Positions 1-12,050 of a stretch of 64,000 nucleotides of DNA are shown here, one piece after another. The translations under genes were made by a program, and so were the position numbers. The notes under the pieces are model-generated. The model worked only from the letters and a program-made list of their open reading frames with translations. It was not told the origin of the DNA and made no database searches. The DNA comes from Meyerozyma guilliermondii. Lineage: Eukaryota. Positions within the stretch are counted from its first letter, which is position 1. The number at the start of each line of letters is the position of its first letter. The stretch lies in assembly GCA_051546255.1 (NCBI GenBank), contig CP128819.1, positions 62,001-126,000 of the forward strand, read 5' to 3'.

Positions 1-91
1 CATCACCAGCCAACACCAATTGGTCCACGGCCAACTCTATCTTTCTTCTGGCATTGCTGATTTGAAGGGACCCGCGGACTGCACACAGCAC

Positions 92-176
92 CACGTTGAC
101 AGTGCGCGTTCACGGCGAATTGCAGCCACGTGGGGGGCCGGTGTTGCAAATTAATCGCCCAAATAGGAAACACGTG
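92..176. promoter_or_regulatory. Cluster of Pho4-type E-boxes upstream of PHO84
   Basis: CACGTT at 92-97, CACGTG(GGG) at 127-132 and 171-176; TATATAAA at 642-649. Confidence 0.75.
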
Positions 177-691
177 GGGTGGGCCAAGAAATTTCAACCA
201 TTGCAATTTTGCATTGGCACCATTTTTTAGCCATATCTCTTGGCTTGACACAGCCAAGAGCTGTCAACAACGCAAGCGAAGATCATTTATGTACGGGACC
301 CTTGGCTACCACCACAAACAAATTTGGGCCCACTTTAATCGTCACAAATTACACCACATGGGTGCAAAAAATTCGGTCATAAAGTGCGCCGCAGCGTCGT
401 AAGTAGGGACAGATTCGCTTCGGACAATGGTCATCAGGGAGAAATTTTGAGGAAAGTTGGAAGATACTGACATTAACCATCACCACAGACTACCACCATT
501 AACCATCATTCATCTTCTTCCACCACATTTATCTTTCCCGTTCTCCAACGCTAGCCCAAAACCTCTCGCGAGGCGTCAACCCGTGGTCTAAATTATCTGC
601 ATCTGAAAAAAAAATAAATTAATTTCGCCGTAGACCCCAAGTATATAAAGGCCTCGAATCCTCAAAATTATCATCCACCACAACTACCACT

Positions 692-2356
692 ATGGCTGAC
701 ATCAACGAAGCTTATCCTGTCAAGGAAAACACCGCTGGTGGTAAGACTGCCTTCAAGGATTACATTGGAAAGTTTGCTCACATCGAGGACCCATTGGAGA
801 GAAGAAGATTGGCTCTTGAAGAAATTGACCATGCTGGTTTCGGATGGACTCAAGTCAAAATGATTATGATTGCCGGTGTTGGTTTCTTGACCGATTCTTA
901 TGATATTTTTGCCATTAACTTGGGTATTACCATGTTGTCTTATGTCTACTGGGAAGGAGGAAAAATGCCCCAATCCACCACCACTTTCTTGAAAGTTTCC
1001 ACCTCGGTTGGTACCGTTATTGGACAATTGGGTTTCGGTATGCTGGCTGATATTTTCGGTCGTAAGAAGATTTATGGTTTGGAATTGATTGTCATGATCG
1101 CGGCTACCATTATCCAATGTTCTTTGGGTCCTTCTCCCGCCATTAACTTTGTGGCTGTCTTGGGTTTCTGGAGAATTATTATGGGTATCGGTATCGGAGG
1201 AGATTACCCTCTTTCCTCCATCATCTCATCGGAATTTTCCACCACAAAATGGAGAGGTGCTATCATGAGTGCGGTTTTCTCCAACCAAGGTCTTGGTCAA
1301 ATTTTTGCCGGTATTGTTGCCATGGTTTTGGTGGCTGCCTACAAGGGTCCATTGAACGTGAGTACCACCGAATGTGTGGGTGACTGTAGAAAGGCTTGTG
1401 ACCAAATGTGGAGAATCTTGATTGGATTTGGATGTGTTCCAGGATGCATTGCCTTGTACTACAGATTGACCATTGCTGAATCTCCAAGATACTCATTGGA
1501 TGTTAACGAGCACGATGATGTTCAAAAGGTTGCCGACGCTGAAGGTGCTCTTGATGTTCATGCCCAAGAGATTGCCCCTCCAAAGGCTTCTTTCAAAGAC
1601 TTCTGGAGACATTTCGGACAATGGAAATACGGAAAATACTTGATTGGTACTGCCGGTTCTTGGTTCTTCTTGGATGTGGCTTACTACGGATTGGGTTTGA
1701 ACACCTCGGTCATCTTGCAAGCCATTGGTTACGCTTCTTCCACCAACCTTTACCACAAGCTTTACAACACCGCTGCCGGAAACTTGATTTTGGTTTGTGC
1801 CGGTTCTTTGCCAGGTTACTGGTTCACTGCTGCCACCGTTGACACCATTGGACGTAAACCAATTCAATTGGGAGGCTTCATCATCTTGACCATTTTATTC
1901 TGTGGAATTGGTTTCGGATACCACAAGTTGACTGACAAAGGTTTGCTTGCATTGTACGTTCTTGCTCAATTCTTCCAGAATTTCGGTCCTAATACTACCA
2001 CTTTTATCGTTCCTGGTGAATGTTACCCAACTAGGTACAGATCTTCCGCCCACGGTATTTCTGCTGCCTGTGGTAAGGTTGGTGCTATTATTGCTCAAAC
2101 TTGTCTTGGTACTTTGGTCAACCACGGATGTGGATCCGACCCTAAAAACCAAAACTGTTGGTTAAACCACGTTATGGAGATCTTTGCCTTGTTCATGTTG
2201 CTCGGTATTGGTACCACACTTTTGATTCCAGAAACCAAGAGAATGACTTTAGAACAAATTTGTGAGAAGTATCACGATGAAGTTGACACCACACAAATTG
2301 GAAGAGACAGATACACTACGCACGAGGAAAGCTATGATTCCGAGGAAAAGCAATAA
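692..2356 (+). CDS. PHO84: High-affinity inorganic phosphate:H+ symporter (MFS)
   Basis: 554 aa; AGVGFLTDSYDIF, GIGIGGDYPLSS, QFFQNFGPNTTTFIVPGE motifs; Pho4 boxes upstream. Confidence 0.96.
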   Translation: MADINEAYPVKENTAGGKTAFKDYIGKFAHIEDPLERRRLALEEIDHAGFGWTQVKMIMIAGVGFLTDSYDIFAINLGITMLSYVYWEGGKMPQSTTTFLKVSTSVGTVIGQLGFGMLADIFGRKKIYGLELIVMIAATIIQCSLGPSPAINFVAVLGFWRIIMGIGIGGDYPLSSIISSEFSTTKWRGAIMSAVFSNQGLGQIFAGIVAMVLVAAYKGPLNVSTTECVGDCRKACDQMWRILIGFGCVPGCIALYYRLTIAESPRYSLDVNEHDDVQKVADAEGALDVHAQEIAPPKASFKDFWRHFGQWKYGKYLIGTAGSWFFLDVAYYGLGLNTSVILQAIGYASSTNLYHKLYNTAAGNLILVCAGSLPGYWFTAATVDTIGRKPIQLGGFIILTILFCGIGFGYHKLTDKGLLALYVLAQFFQNFGPNTTTFIVPGECYPTRYRSSAHGISAACGKVGAIIAQTCLGTLVNHGCGSDPKNQNCWLNHVMEIFALFMLLGIGTTLLIPETKRMTLEQICEKYHDEVDTTQIGRDRYTTHEESYDSEEKQ

Positions 2357-2599
2357 ATAGATATTGGGATAATTAATGATTGATAGAAAAAAGAAGTTAT
2401 CGCGAAAGCGATAGCTTCGTAGTTCTCAGAAATTCTCAGTAATGTCTGATCTGTTTTCGCTGACATTTTTCGCGGCAAGTTCTTAAAGTTCGCGGTATTC
2501 TCAGAGGACTTCTCGCTACATTTTCGCGGTACTCGCTAGTCTCGCTATTTCTCCATTCGCGATCTCAGTCTCGCAATTCGCAATCCTTCTCACTCCCCC

Positions 2600-3331
2600 A
2601 TGTCCAAATTCAATGCCGAGTGGCTAGTGGTGGTGGGTCTTCTCCTCTACTTCTACCTCGTGGCAGAGCCTTCAAAGCCCTTTGTGCGTCCTTTTCGACT
2701 TTCAGATCCTTCTATTCAGTTTCCATTTGCTACTCACGAACGGGTAACCGATAACCAACTATACGTTATTTCGTGTATTTTACCATCATTAGCCATCACA
2801 GCATGGTGCACAGCTTTGCTTAAACGCAAAAAGCTCACAAAATTCCAGTTTCAGCAATTGGTCAACACCTCCCTACAAAATTTATGGCTCTCAATTTCCA
2901 TTACTGGAGTAATAACTGATGTTCTCAAAGCATGGATAGCCAGACATCGTCCAGACTTTTTGGAGCGATGTGGACCAATAGTAGGGACTCCTATAGATAA
3001 ATTGGTAGGAATTGAGGTTTGTTCTGCTCCTCTTGGGCAAATATATCTTGTTGATGGCATGAAAAGTACTCCATCTGGACACTCGCTGATCGCATTTGCT
3101 GGATTATTTTATTTCAGTTTATGGATTTATAGTCGAATTGGCCATTTGTCCATTGGATACCAATTATCGTCTTGTCTTCCTTCATTGCTAGCCACATACA
3201 TAGCATTGAGTCGAACTCAGGACTACCGACATCATTACAGCGATATCATCATTGGCTCGGCCATGGGCATCGCAATTGCGACAATCACATTTTTCAGAAA
3301 AGAAAAAGATAAAACAGAACTACCTCTTTGA
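2600..3331 (+). CDS. PAP2-family lipid phosphate / DGPP phosphatase (LPP1/DPP-like), copy A
   Basis: Three catalytic motifs: KAWIARHRP, PSGH, SRTQDYRHHYSD; multiple TM segments. Confidence 0.9.
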   Translation: MSKFNAEWLVVVGLLLYFYLVAEPSKPFVRPFRLSDPSIQFPFATHERVTDNQLYVISCILPSLAITAWCTALLKRKKLTKFQFQQLVNTSLQNLWLSISITGVITDVLKAWIARHRPDFLERCGPIVGTPIDKLVGIEVCSAPLGQIYLVDGMKSTPSGHSLIAFAGLFYFSLWIYSRIGHLSIGYQLSSCLPSLLATYIALSRTQDYRHHYSDIIIGSAMGIAIATITFFRKEKDKTELPL

Positions 3332-3538
3332 TCTAAACGTTTTAGTAATATATTTATTACTCGTCCGTTGAGGACCCCCAATTAATGCAAAACTCTATCC
3401 TAAAATGTATCTAAAACAAAAACGATTTTGAAGTAAACCGGGCCTTGGGCCAATATAAAAAAAAGGGAACAAACAAAAAGCAAGCTGACCAACGAGTTGA
3501 GCGTTGGTTGATGAGTCGTCACATTAATCATTAAGCAA

Positions 3539-4687
3539 TTAGTACTTCAATTTCTTGGGTTGTTCCCATGGGTTTTCCTGGTTGGTGAAGTGTCCATAAG
3601 AAGCGGTCTTGAAGTAGATGGGTCTGGCCAAGTCCAATTCCTTGACAATCACACCTGGTCTCAAGTCAAAGTTGTTTCTAATAATCTCCACCAATTGGTC
3701 AGAGGAGTATTTGGAAGTACCATAGGTATCCACGTGAACCGACAATGGCTCAGCAACACCAATGGCATACGAGAATTGAACCAAAGCTCTTCTGGCCAAT
3801 CCAGCGTTCACCAAGGATTTGGCAACCCATCTAGCAGCGTAAGCAGCAGAACGGTCCACCTTGGAAAAATCCTTACCGGAGAAAGCACCACCACCGTGAG
3901 CACCCCATCCACCATAAGTGTCGACAATGATCTTTCTTCCGGTCAATCCAGCGTCTCCCTGAGGTCCTCCAATGACGAATCTACCAGAAGGCTGGATGTG
4001 GTACACGGTTTTGTCGTCCAAAAGATGAGCGGGAATCACCTTCTTGACCACATGTTCGTGAATTTGAGCACGCAAGTCTTCGGTAGAGATTTCCTCGGCG
4101 TGCTGCGACGAGATCACAATGGTGTCCACTCTCAATGGAACCACGGCTCCTCCGTCCTTTTTGTACTCGACAGTAACCTGGGTCTTGGTGTCGGGTCTCA
4201 ACCAGCTCAACGCACCGGAACGTCTGGCAGAAGCCAATTCCGCGTTCAACTTGTGAGCCAACAAAATGGTGAGCGGCAACTTCTCGTCGGTCTCGTCGGT
4301 GGCGTAACCAAACATAATACCTTGGTCACCAGCTCCCAAATCTTCCAAGGCTTTTTCATAATGTAAACCTTGGGCAATATCAGGAGATTGTTGTTCAATG
4401 GCAACCAAAACATTACATGTCTTGTAGTCGAAACCCTTGTCACTCGAGTCATAACCAATGTGCTTGATAGTGTCTCTAATAATCTTCTGGTAGTCCAATT
4501 GTGCCTTGGTGGTGATCTCTCCAAACACCATAATCATACCGGTTTTGGAAGCGGTTTCACATGCCACTTTGGACAAAGGATCCACAGCCAAACAAGCGTC
4601 CAAGATGGCATCAGATACCTGGTCGCAAATCTTATCGGGGTGACCCTCACCCACGGATTCTGACGTGAACAAGAATTTTTCGGCCAT
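3539..4687 (-). CDS. SAM2: S-adenosylmethionine synthetase
   Basis: [30 protein letters not shown]; first ATG at 4687 (the track starts at a TTG). Confidence 0.98.
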   Translation of the reverse strand: MAEKFLFTSESVGEGHPDKICDQVSDAILDACLAVDPLSKVACETASKTGMIMVFGEITTKAQLDYQKIIRDTIKHIGYDSSDKGFDYKTCNVLVAIEQQSPDIAQGLHYEKALEDLGAGDQGIMFGYATDETDEKLPLTILLAHKLNAELASARRSGALSWLRPDTKTQVTVEYKKDGGAVVPLRVDTIVISSQHAEEISTEDLRAQIHEHVVKKVIPAHLLDDKTVYHIQPSGRFVIGGPQGDAGLTGRKIIVDTYGGWGAHGGGAFSGKDFSKVDRSAAYAARWVAKSLVNAGLARRALVQFSYAIGVAEPLSVHVDTYGTSKYSSDQLVEIIRNNFDLRPGVIVKELDLARPIYFKTASYGHFTNQENPWEQPKKLKY

Positions 4688-4757
4688 TTTCAAATGCTCG
4701 AAAAAAGAAAAATTTGTACATATTTATACTGGTAGAGCCACAACGTGGTGGTGATAG

Positions 4758-4844
4758 CACGTGACGCGCATGTGCGCGGAACGACAAAGCTCAACATACT
4801 AAAAAATAGAAAAGGAATAAAAAGGGAAATAGTGGTGCCACAGT
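4758..4844. promoter_or_regulatory. Sulfur-regulon elements: Cbf1 site and Met31/32-type site
   Basis: CACGTGAC 4758-4765; GCCACAGT (=ACTGTGGC) 4837-4844, upstream of SAM2. Confidence 0.7.
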
Positions 4845-4996
4845 CGCTTATACACTCACCATGTGCTCTACCACACCATACTAATTGCCAGACGGTTGAA
4901 GGATGAAAATGAAAATAACAAATAACACGCTTACATAAGTCAAGAGCGATTGCTTACATAACCAAAATCGTACCGTAAATATTGAGCCGTGTGCAG

Positions 4997-5024
4997 TCGC
5001 GTACTCATCAGACGCGATTCGCGT
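4997..5024. promoter_or_regulatory. MCB-like G1/S elements upstream of MRC1
   Basis: TCGCGT 4997-5002, ACGCGA 5012-5017, TCGCGT 5019-5024. Confidence 0.6.
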
Positions 5025-5061
5025 ATAGAACCGATCAACCTACCACCCCATCCATCTATCA

Positions 5062-8000
5062 ATGCATAACTTTTCCTATGACGGGGACTCCCAGGATGCT
5101 TCTCAGCTGCTCCAGAGCTCCCAGTTTCTCCAGGAACCCGATATGTCTGTTCTAGAAAGAATGAAGCGTCGTCTTGGACTCATCAATGACACACAAGTAA
5201 TAGAACCAGAGGTTCAAACCGAGTTGAAGGAAACCCAGGTTGTAGCCAAGCCTATGCAGCTTGCACAGCTTCCAGCAGAGGATGCGGAAATCCAGTTTTT
5301 AGACGAATTGCTGGAAAAAGAGAATTCACAGAAACCAGAAATACAAGAGAATTCACCATTGACTGAAACGAAAGAAAACTCACCATTACCTGAAACGAAC
5401 GAGAATGCAACAATACCTGAAACGCAAGAAATTTCCACGACACAGAAAGAACCCGAAACAGTCCCCAAACCAGACCTTTCTGCCCTTTTTCTCAGCGAAG
5501 AGTCAGACGAAGAAGACCGCCAGCAAAGAATAAACCAGCTAATAAAGCACAAGCAGCAAGAACGTGAGAAACAAGCCATTGCTGAGCAATTGGAAGCCGA
5601 TGTGTCTCGCACAACATTGACGGACGACGAGAACGACCTTGAGGAAGAGGCTTTACGATCTGTTCCCAACCACCAATTAGAAGAAACGGAACAGTTTCTT
5701 AGTGTCCAAAAGAGAGAACGCAATATTGAGCCTCAATTCAACCGCAAAGTTGTCCATTCGAAGCAAAAACTTCTTTCTGCATTCGACGACGATATACTGG
5801 ATAGCGACGTTGCTGCTGTGGCATCGCTGACTCCACCACAAAAATCGAGCCCATTGACATCTCCCGTTCAAAAGGATGAAGTTTCAGACGAAGAACCTAA
5901 TGTATTGGACTTGATTGGCCAACCTATAGCACAGCAAGCAAAAAGCATAAAAAAGAAGAGTCCAATTGAGGTATACGCATCCAAGCTCAAGGAAGAAAAC
6001 TCCAAAATTATCAACCTTGACTCAGATTCGGATTCGGAATCTCAGCATCAAATTCCCTCATTGCCCAAGCAGGACAAATTGTCGATCAAGCAGCGGTTTT
6101 CAAGAAAGAAATTGGGCAAAAAATCTCACATAGCATTGGCATTACCCACCCATTTGCGGTCTCTTTTATTAGCATTGAAGGAGAACCGAACGGGGCCCAA
6201 ACGAGCACAGCTCTTGTCGAAGTTGAAGAGAGCCAATATAGATCAAATCCAGGCTCTCCGAGGTGAAAATGGCGGAAATGACATTTTTGAAGAGTTGCAA
6301 AAAGACGAAGAAGTCATGGGATCATTGCTCGAGCGGGAAATCGAACGGGCTCGCAATATCAGGAAGAAGGAAAAGATGAGAGAAAAGCAGAAGAGAGCAG
6401 ATCTAGAGTACTTGGAAGCGATCCCAGAGTCCGATGGAGAAATACCCGATAGTGATTTAGGATATTCAGAAGCCAATGATTTCGAGGACAACGACTCCGA
6501 TGCAATAGTGGTCGATAAAAGGAAAAGAGTGGTACTTCTGTCTGAAGATGAAGACTCGATACCTGAGAAGGACACCACTAAACTTGACTTTTCTGCAATA
6601 AGAGTGGATGACAGTTACATGTTTGGTGCATTGGGAGACGAGGAAAATGCTGGTGAACAGGATACCATTACAACCAGCTCACAGCGTCCGCCAGTCTCCT
6701 ATACTTCTCCTAAGAGAACTCGAAGACACTCTGTTGCTGAGCAAGAGTTGTTCAAGAATTTAAGAGATACTACCCAAAAGATCATGCCCATTCAAAACCA
6801 CGAATCACAGAACCACGAAGATGAAGCTTTTGGTCAGGTACCATCTTTCCAGGATCTTGAAACCCAAGCCGATCCTACACCTACTCAAGGAATCGCTACT
6901 CAGGTTGATGACGAAGAAGTGACACCAGCTACTCTCAATATAGCACGCAAGTTGATCAAAAAAAATGGTCCAACTGCGGATGAAGAGGGAGAAAAAGAAG
7001 AAGAAGAAGAAGAAGAAGAAGCAGAGGAAGACGACACAGATATCAAAGAACAAATCAAGATGTACGAGAGAAAGCTTCGCTTGAAAGAGTTACAGAGCCG
7101 CAAAAAACGTCATATCATGGCGCAAAGGGGCCTCAATAAGATTATTGAGGGCGAAGCCGAGGAGTCGGAAGATGAATGGCATGGGCTTGGTGGTATGGAT
7201 GGTGAACTCTCGGATGTAGCGAACTCGGAAGACGAAAAAATGATTGACAACAGCTTCAACTTTGATCTCAATGATGCCGAGGTCAAGCGCAAGTTCATGG
7301 AGCAGTATCAAATAAAGGACCAAAAGGAGTTGGAAAAGTTACTTGACGATATCAAAAACCACAGGTTGACCAAGAGAGTACGTCCCAATGGGCTTGATAT
7401 CGAGTTGAGCGACGAAGAAGATGAAATTTTGGCCGCGTATCGAAAGCAAAAGATGAATGAACAACGCCAAAGAGCCCTTCAAAATAAGCAGTCTCTGCAC
7501 TTGTCAAAGACAGAAAGAGCAAAGGCGTTCTTTGAAAGTATGGAGGAAGATTCACAGAGAGTTATAAAGATCGACGATGACGATGACGAAGAAGAAATAA
7601 GCAACGACGATAAAGAAGATGAAGACGATATTGAAGCCGAGACAAACAAAAGACGCCGAGTGATTCGTATTGAAGAGTCGTTTGTGCAAAAACAGCTCTC
7701 TTTTTTGTCCTCAACTGGTACTGATGAGTATTTCGAGCAGCAGAGAATATCAAGATTACAACATGGTTTTGGCTCAGACGAAGAACATGAAGACTTGAAT
7801 GAGCTCAAAAGGAGTATTAGTGAAATGAACAGAAGCAGAGTTGAACTTGTGGCTGAAGAACCTCCAAGGAAAGGTACCAGTGATACCGATGATGACGATA
7901 TTATGCCTGCTTTCAAGCGACCATCTTTGGTTCAATCGTTCAGATCAAACCCTAATTCAGGATCCGAAGGAAGCTTTTCTGGGGTCACCATCAGCAAGCA

Positions 8001-8151
8001 ATACAAGGCTGCAACCGGCGGAAAGGCTTCGATCTCTTCGATGTCGAGGTCAAGACGAGTCAAAAGTGTCAAGGAACAAAAGTTGGAACGTCGCTTGAAC
8101 CATGCTACTCAAACTAAAACCAAGCTATTTTCTGGGTCGGGATTTGACTAA
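5062..8151 (+). CDS. MRC1: Replication checkpoint mediator (claspin)
   Basis: 1029 aa acidic protein, SQ/TQ-rich, MRC1-domain motif EGEAEESEDEWHGLGGMDGE; close to KRR1 as in S. cerevisiae. Confidence 0.88.
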   Translation: MHNFSYDGDSQDASQLLQSSQFLQEPDMSVLERMKRRLGLINDTQVIEPEVQTELKETQVVAKPMQLAQLPAEDAEIQFLDELLEKENSQKPEIQENSPLTETKENSPLPETNENATIPETQEISTTQKEPETVPKPDLSALFLSEESDEEDRQQRINQLIKHKQQEREKQAIAEQLEADVSRTTLTDDENDLEEEALRSVPNHQLEETEQFLSVQKRERNIEPQFNRKVVHSKQKLLSAFDDDILDSDVAAVASLTPPQKSSPLTSPVQKDEVSDEEPNVLDLIGQPIAQQAKSIKKKSPIEVYASKLKEENSKIINLDSDSDSESQHQIPSLPKQDKLSIKQRFSRKKLGKKSHIALALPTHLRSLLLALKENRTGPKRAQLLSKLKRANIDQIQALRGENGGNDIFEELQKDEEVMGSLLEREIERARNIRKKEKMREKQKRADLEYLEAIPESDGEIPDSDLGYSEANDFEDNDSDAIVVDKRKRVVLLSEDEDSIPEKDTTKLDFSAIRVDDSYMFGALGDEENAGEQDTITTSSQRPPVSYTSPKRTRRHSVAEQELFKNLRDTTQKIMPIQNHESQNHEDEAFGQVPSFQDLETQADPTPTQGIATQVDDEEVTPATLNIARKLIKKNGPTADEEGEKEEEEEEEEAEEDDTDIKEQIKMYERKLRLKELQSRKKRHIMAQRGLNKIIEGEAEESEDEWHGLGGMDGELSDVANSEDEKMIDNSFNFDLNDAEVKRKFMEQYQIKDQKELEKLLDDIKNHRLTKRVRPNGLDIELSDEEDEILAAYRKQKMNEQRQRALQNKQSLHLSKTERAKAFFESMEEDSQRVIKIDDDDDEEEISNDDKEDEDDIEAETNKRRRVIRIEESFVQKQLSFLSSTGTDEYFEQQRISRLQHGFGSDEEHEDLNELKRSISEMNRSRVELVAEEPPRKGTSDTDDDDIMPAFKRPSLVQSFRSNPNSGSEGSFSGVTISKQYKAATGGKASISSMSRSRRVKSVKEQKLERRLNHATQTKTKLFSGSGFD
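6997..7020 (+). repeat. (GAA)8 coding microsatellite (poly-Glu) in MRC1
   Basis: Eight perfect GAA units. Confidence 0.9.
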
Positions 8152-8160
8152 AATTGTATA

Positions 8161-9747
8161 CTATTTAATACTGCTACTCAATGCTTCATTTAACGAATTA
8201 CGACTAACCCGAGTCATAATCGGACGACGAATTGCAGCCGACTGTCCATGGCAGATCACTGCCGCATTATTGTCTATTTTAAGTTTGGAATGTGCCCCGT
8301 TGAAGGAAATGGGATGAAGAGGAAGTCGTTTTCGTTGTGCTTCACTAGTTATCATAACAGGAGCAGCAGCGGTTTTTTTTGGTTTCTCAACTGTTGTCGG
8401 TATATTTTCACGCTTAGAATCCACACTTGATTGACGAGGAGACGGAGCCATCAACGAGAAAAAACTGCTTGCGAGTGCTTTACTCACGCTGTTTCGTCGT
8501 GGGGGAGACGAAGTTACATGGGATAAAGTTGGCTGGAGCGGTGAACCCAAACCCAAGGCAAATGGCTGTTTCGTGGGCGTTTTGGAAATTGGCTGCAAAT
8601 CGGCTTTTTGGATCATTTCAGCAAGAAGTTTACTGGAGGATTCACGGGCCGATTCCTGACAATAAATCGACTCAAATGTTGGGGTTACAACGTCGCTTTT
8701 CAAGCTGATTTTCTCAGCAGGATTGTGGAATTTTAGCTTGGCTTCGTGGAATATGCTGTCGTGAGAAGTTGATCGTTTAAGCTTGGGAGGTGACGCTTGC
8801 AAGTCGAGTCTTGATTTTCGCAAAAAATCGTTGAAATTGTCGAATTCCAAGGGTGGAGAAAGCGACAACATTGAGCTGGCAGATACTCTATCGGGTGAAG
8901 GATTTTGACCATTTATATGAAAAGCATCCAAATCTTTCTCAAGTTCAATGGTTACATTTATATCACTGGTTTCCCGGTCGTCCTCGAAAGTGGTGGGTAA
9001 AGTTGAAGCTGTTTGATCCTGAGTGTTCTGACGAGACATTGCATCCGATACTTGTGATGCTTTCGACACATAGCGTTCCGGAGACAATGACTCGAAGGAA
9101 GTATCAATCACAGGATTGAGGGTGTATATCTGCGAGAGACGGTACCTTGACTTTTTCTTGTATGGCTGCGATGTGCGACACTTGATGGGTTTGAGTTTAA
9201 GGTCGGCGATCGAGCTTTTATGAGGGAGGGGCAGATCCGTGGGCAAAGACAGATGGAGGGGCAGATTGAATGATTGATTGAATGATTGATGGTGTGATTG
9301 ATGGTATGATTTCTGGGTGTATGGCAGGGATTCGGAGTGGGAGAGTCTGGACGGTCTGGGATACGGCAGTTCAAGAACATTTGTGTCAAAATTGTCAAAA
9401 TTTGTGTCAAAACTTGTTGCATCATTTTCGGGATTCTTCAACATATAGTAGTACTCATTTTTCAAATTTTCCAACGACATCGAGCTGGTGTAGACATCGC
9501 TAGTACTTAAGCTGGCGTCCAAGAGAAAGAGCTTTTCGTCTAGGGTTCTAAACCCTGTCAAAAGCAGAAAACTGGCGGCTGCTTCCGAATGAAGATGAGC
9601 ACAATGGTGTTCTTCTTGGGTCCATTTATCGTAAAGACGAGAAATTTTCTGGACTAATGCCACAGATTCGTGGCTCTTGTCCACTATGGAGCACGATTTT
9701 CTCTCCAACAGCTCCACAACCAGCATAAGCTGGTCTATTCTGGACAT
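8161..9747 (-). CDS. Hypothetical Ser-rich protein, 528 aa
   Basis: Long ATG-initiated ORF filling the MRC1-KRR1 gap; no motif recognised. Confidence 0.75.
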   Translation of the reverse strand: MSRIDQLMLVVELLERKSCSIVDKSHESVALVQKISRLYDKWTQEEHHCAHLHSEAAASFLLLTGFRTLDEKLFLLDASLSTSDVYTSSMSLENLKNEYYYMLKNPENDATSFDTNFDNFDTNVLELPYPRPSRLSHSESLPYTQKSYHQSHHQSFNQSFNLPLHLSLPTDLPLPHKSSIADLKLKPIKCRTSQPYKKKSRYRLSQIYTLNPVIDTSFESLSPERYVSKASQVSDAMSRQNTQDQTASTLPTTFEDDRETSDINVTIELEKDLDAFHINGQNPSPDRVSASSMLSLSPPLEFDNFNDFLRKSRLDLQASPPKLKRSTSHDSIFHEAKLKFHNPAEKISLKSDVVTPTFESIYCQESARESSSKLLAEMIQKADLQPISKTPTKQPFALGLGSPLQPTLSHVTSSPPRRNSVSKALASSFFSLMAPSPRQSSVDSKRENIPTTVEKPKKTAAAPVMITSEAQRKRLPLHPISFNGAHSKLKIDNNAAVICHGQSAAIRRPIMTRVSRNSLNEALSSSIK

Positions 9748-9873
9748 GGGATGTGGTGTTTAGAAAGAGCGAAAAGCGATGCAGGACAAATATTTACAAC
9801 GGCGGTGCGGCTGTGTGCGGCTGCGACTACGGAAGGTTCATGTCTCGTATTCAGTATATAGTACGTCGATGGT

Positions 9874-10905
<1,032 letters not shown>

Positions 10906-10941
10906 CTAAGAAAAGCAGGAATGAAGAACCAATGCGAAATT

Positions 10942-11000
10942 AATTTTCATTTTCATTTCTGTTGTAATATGCACACTATTTTTGCGATGAGACCGATGAG
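10942..11000. promoter_or_regulatory. RRPE-like and PAC ribosome-biogenesis elements in the KRR1/ADF1 divergent promoter
   Basis: AATTTTCA 10942-10949; GCGATGAG 10984-10991; GATGAG 10995-11000. Confidence 0.75.
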
Positions 11001-11031
11001 CATCTCCAGTTTTTATCGCGAAATTTAGGCA

Positions 11032-11316
11032 ATGACAAAATCCAAAATAGCAAAGAAGCCTAGTAAACATGTGCGCAAGCGCAATATAGCCCGAACGAGA
11101 CAGGCGGTGGAAAAACTCGATGCAAGTTTGGAAAATGTTCTGGTGTTGATGCAGGTCCATCAGCCGCAAAAGACCAATAGTGTGTTGGACTCGAAGCAAA
11201 TGAAAAAAGCATTGAGAGATGATGAGGAGAAAAAAGACAGAAAAAAGCGAGCCGATGACGAGTTGGCGAGCCAATTGGAAATGATCACGGGAATGGATCT
11301 TGGAAAGGGGAAATGA
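11032..11316 (+). CDS. ADF1: Small basic protein, probable ADF1 (YCL058W-A) orthologue
   Basis: 94 aa, Lys/Arg-rich N-terminus, C-terminal QLEMITGMDL resembling the Adf1 end as I recall it (QIEMISGFSL); divergent from KRR1 as in S. cerevisiae. Confidence 0.65.
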   Translation: MTKSKIAKKPSKHVRKRNIARTRQAVEKLDASLENVLVLMQVHQPQKTNSVLDSKQMKKALRDDEEKKDRKKRADDELASQLEMITGMDLGKGK

Positions 11317-11562
11317 AAGGAGTTAGAAGTGGATCTCTTAACTACAAAACAGTAGTCACCAGTACTCATACCAGTTGACAATTACCAACCAATTTCCACT
11401 AATATCCTTTGCTTGACTGAATTACCAAGAAACACTGACACAACTATGGGAAAATGCGAACATCCTAAAACATTTTTGGCTCTTCTCATCACTGCTAAAC
11501 CTAGCAAACCACGAATAACGACACATCAATAGGTCTACATAGCTATATAATACTATACTATC

Positions 11563-11645
11563 ATACCATATATCATACTGTATGTCTGATACCATATATC
11601 ATACTGTATGTCTGATACCATATATCATACTGTATGTCTGATACC
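11563..11645. repeat. 26-bp minisatellite, 3 perfect copies plus a partial
   Basis: ATACCATATATCATACTGTATGTCTG at 11563, 11589, 11615; ATACC at 11641. Confidence 0.95.
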
Positions 11646-12050
11646 TTATATCTGATATCGTATATCTGTTTCCGTATCTTCCGTATTTCTGATACCGTTC
11701 TGTCTCACTATCGTCTCTCCCGCATCCAACACCGGCGCGATTCGCAACATTGTTCTTCGCACACCGACGCGTCCCACGCGCTCCCTCAGCCTGAAATGCT
11801 GATTTACACGACTGTCTAACCGTGTCGATTTTTTATTTCAGCATCGAAGCCTCATCTTTTCACACTCGTTTCGAAAGCACCATTTCTTCCTGGCAGTCAT
11901 AACAAACCAGATTAAGACCATACAATCCATTTGACTCAGCAAACAAATTCACAAACAATTCACATTCAGCAAATTTTGGGCCACGCAAACAACTAGTAAA
12001 GCTCACAAATTATAATCAATTAACTTATAAACTCACAAGTACAACTCACA

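Noticed and set aside
3560..4366. 268-aa ORF antisense to SAM2 (likewise the antisense ORFs over PHO84, KRR1, RPS11, MLS1, GLR1)
   Set aside because: Typical shadows of codon-biased genes; no independent motifs.
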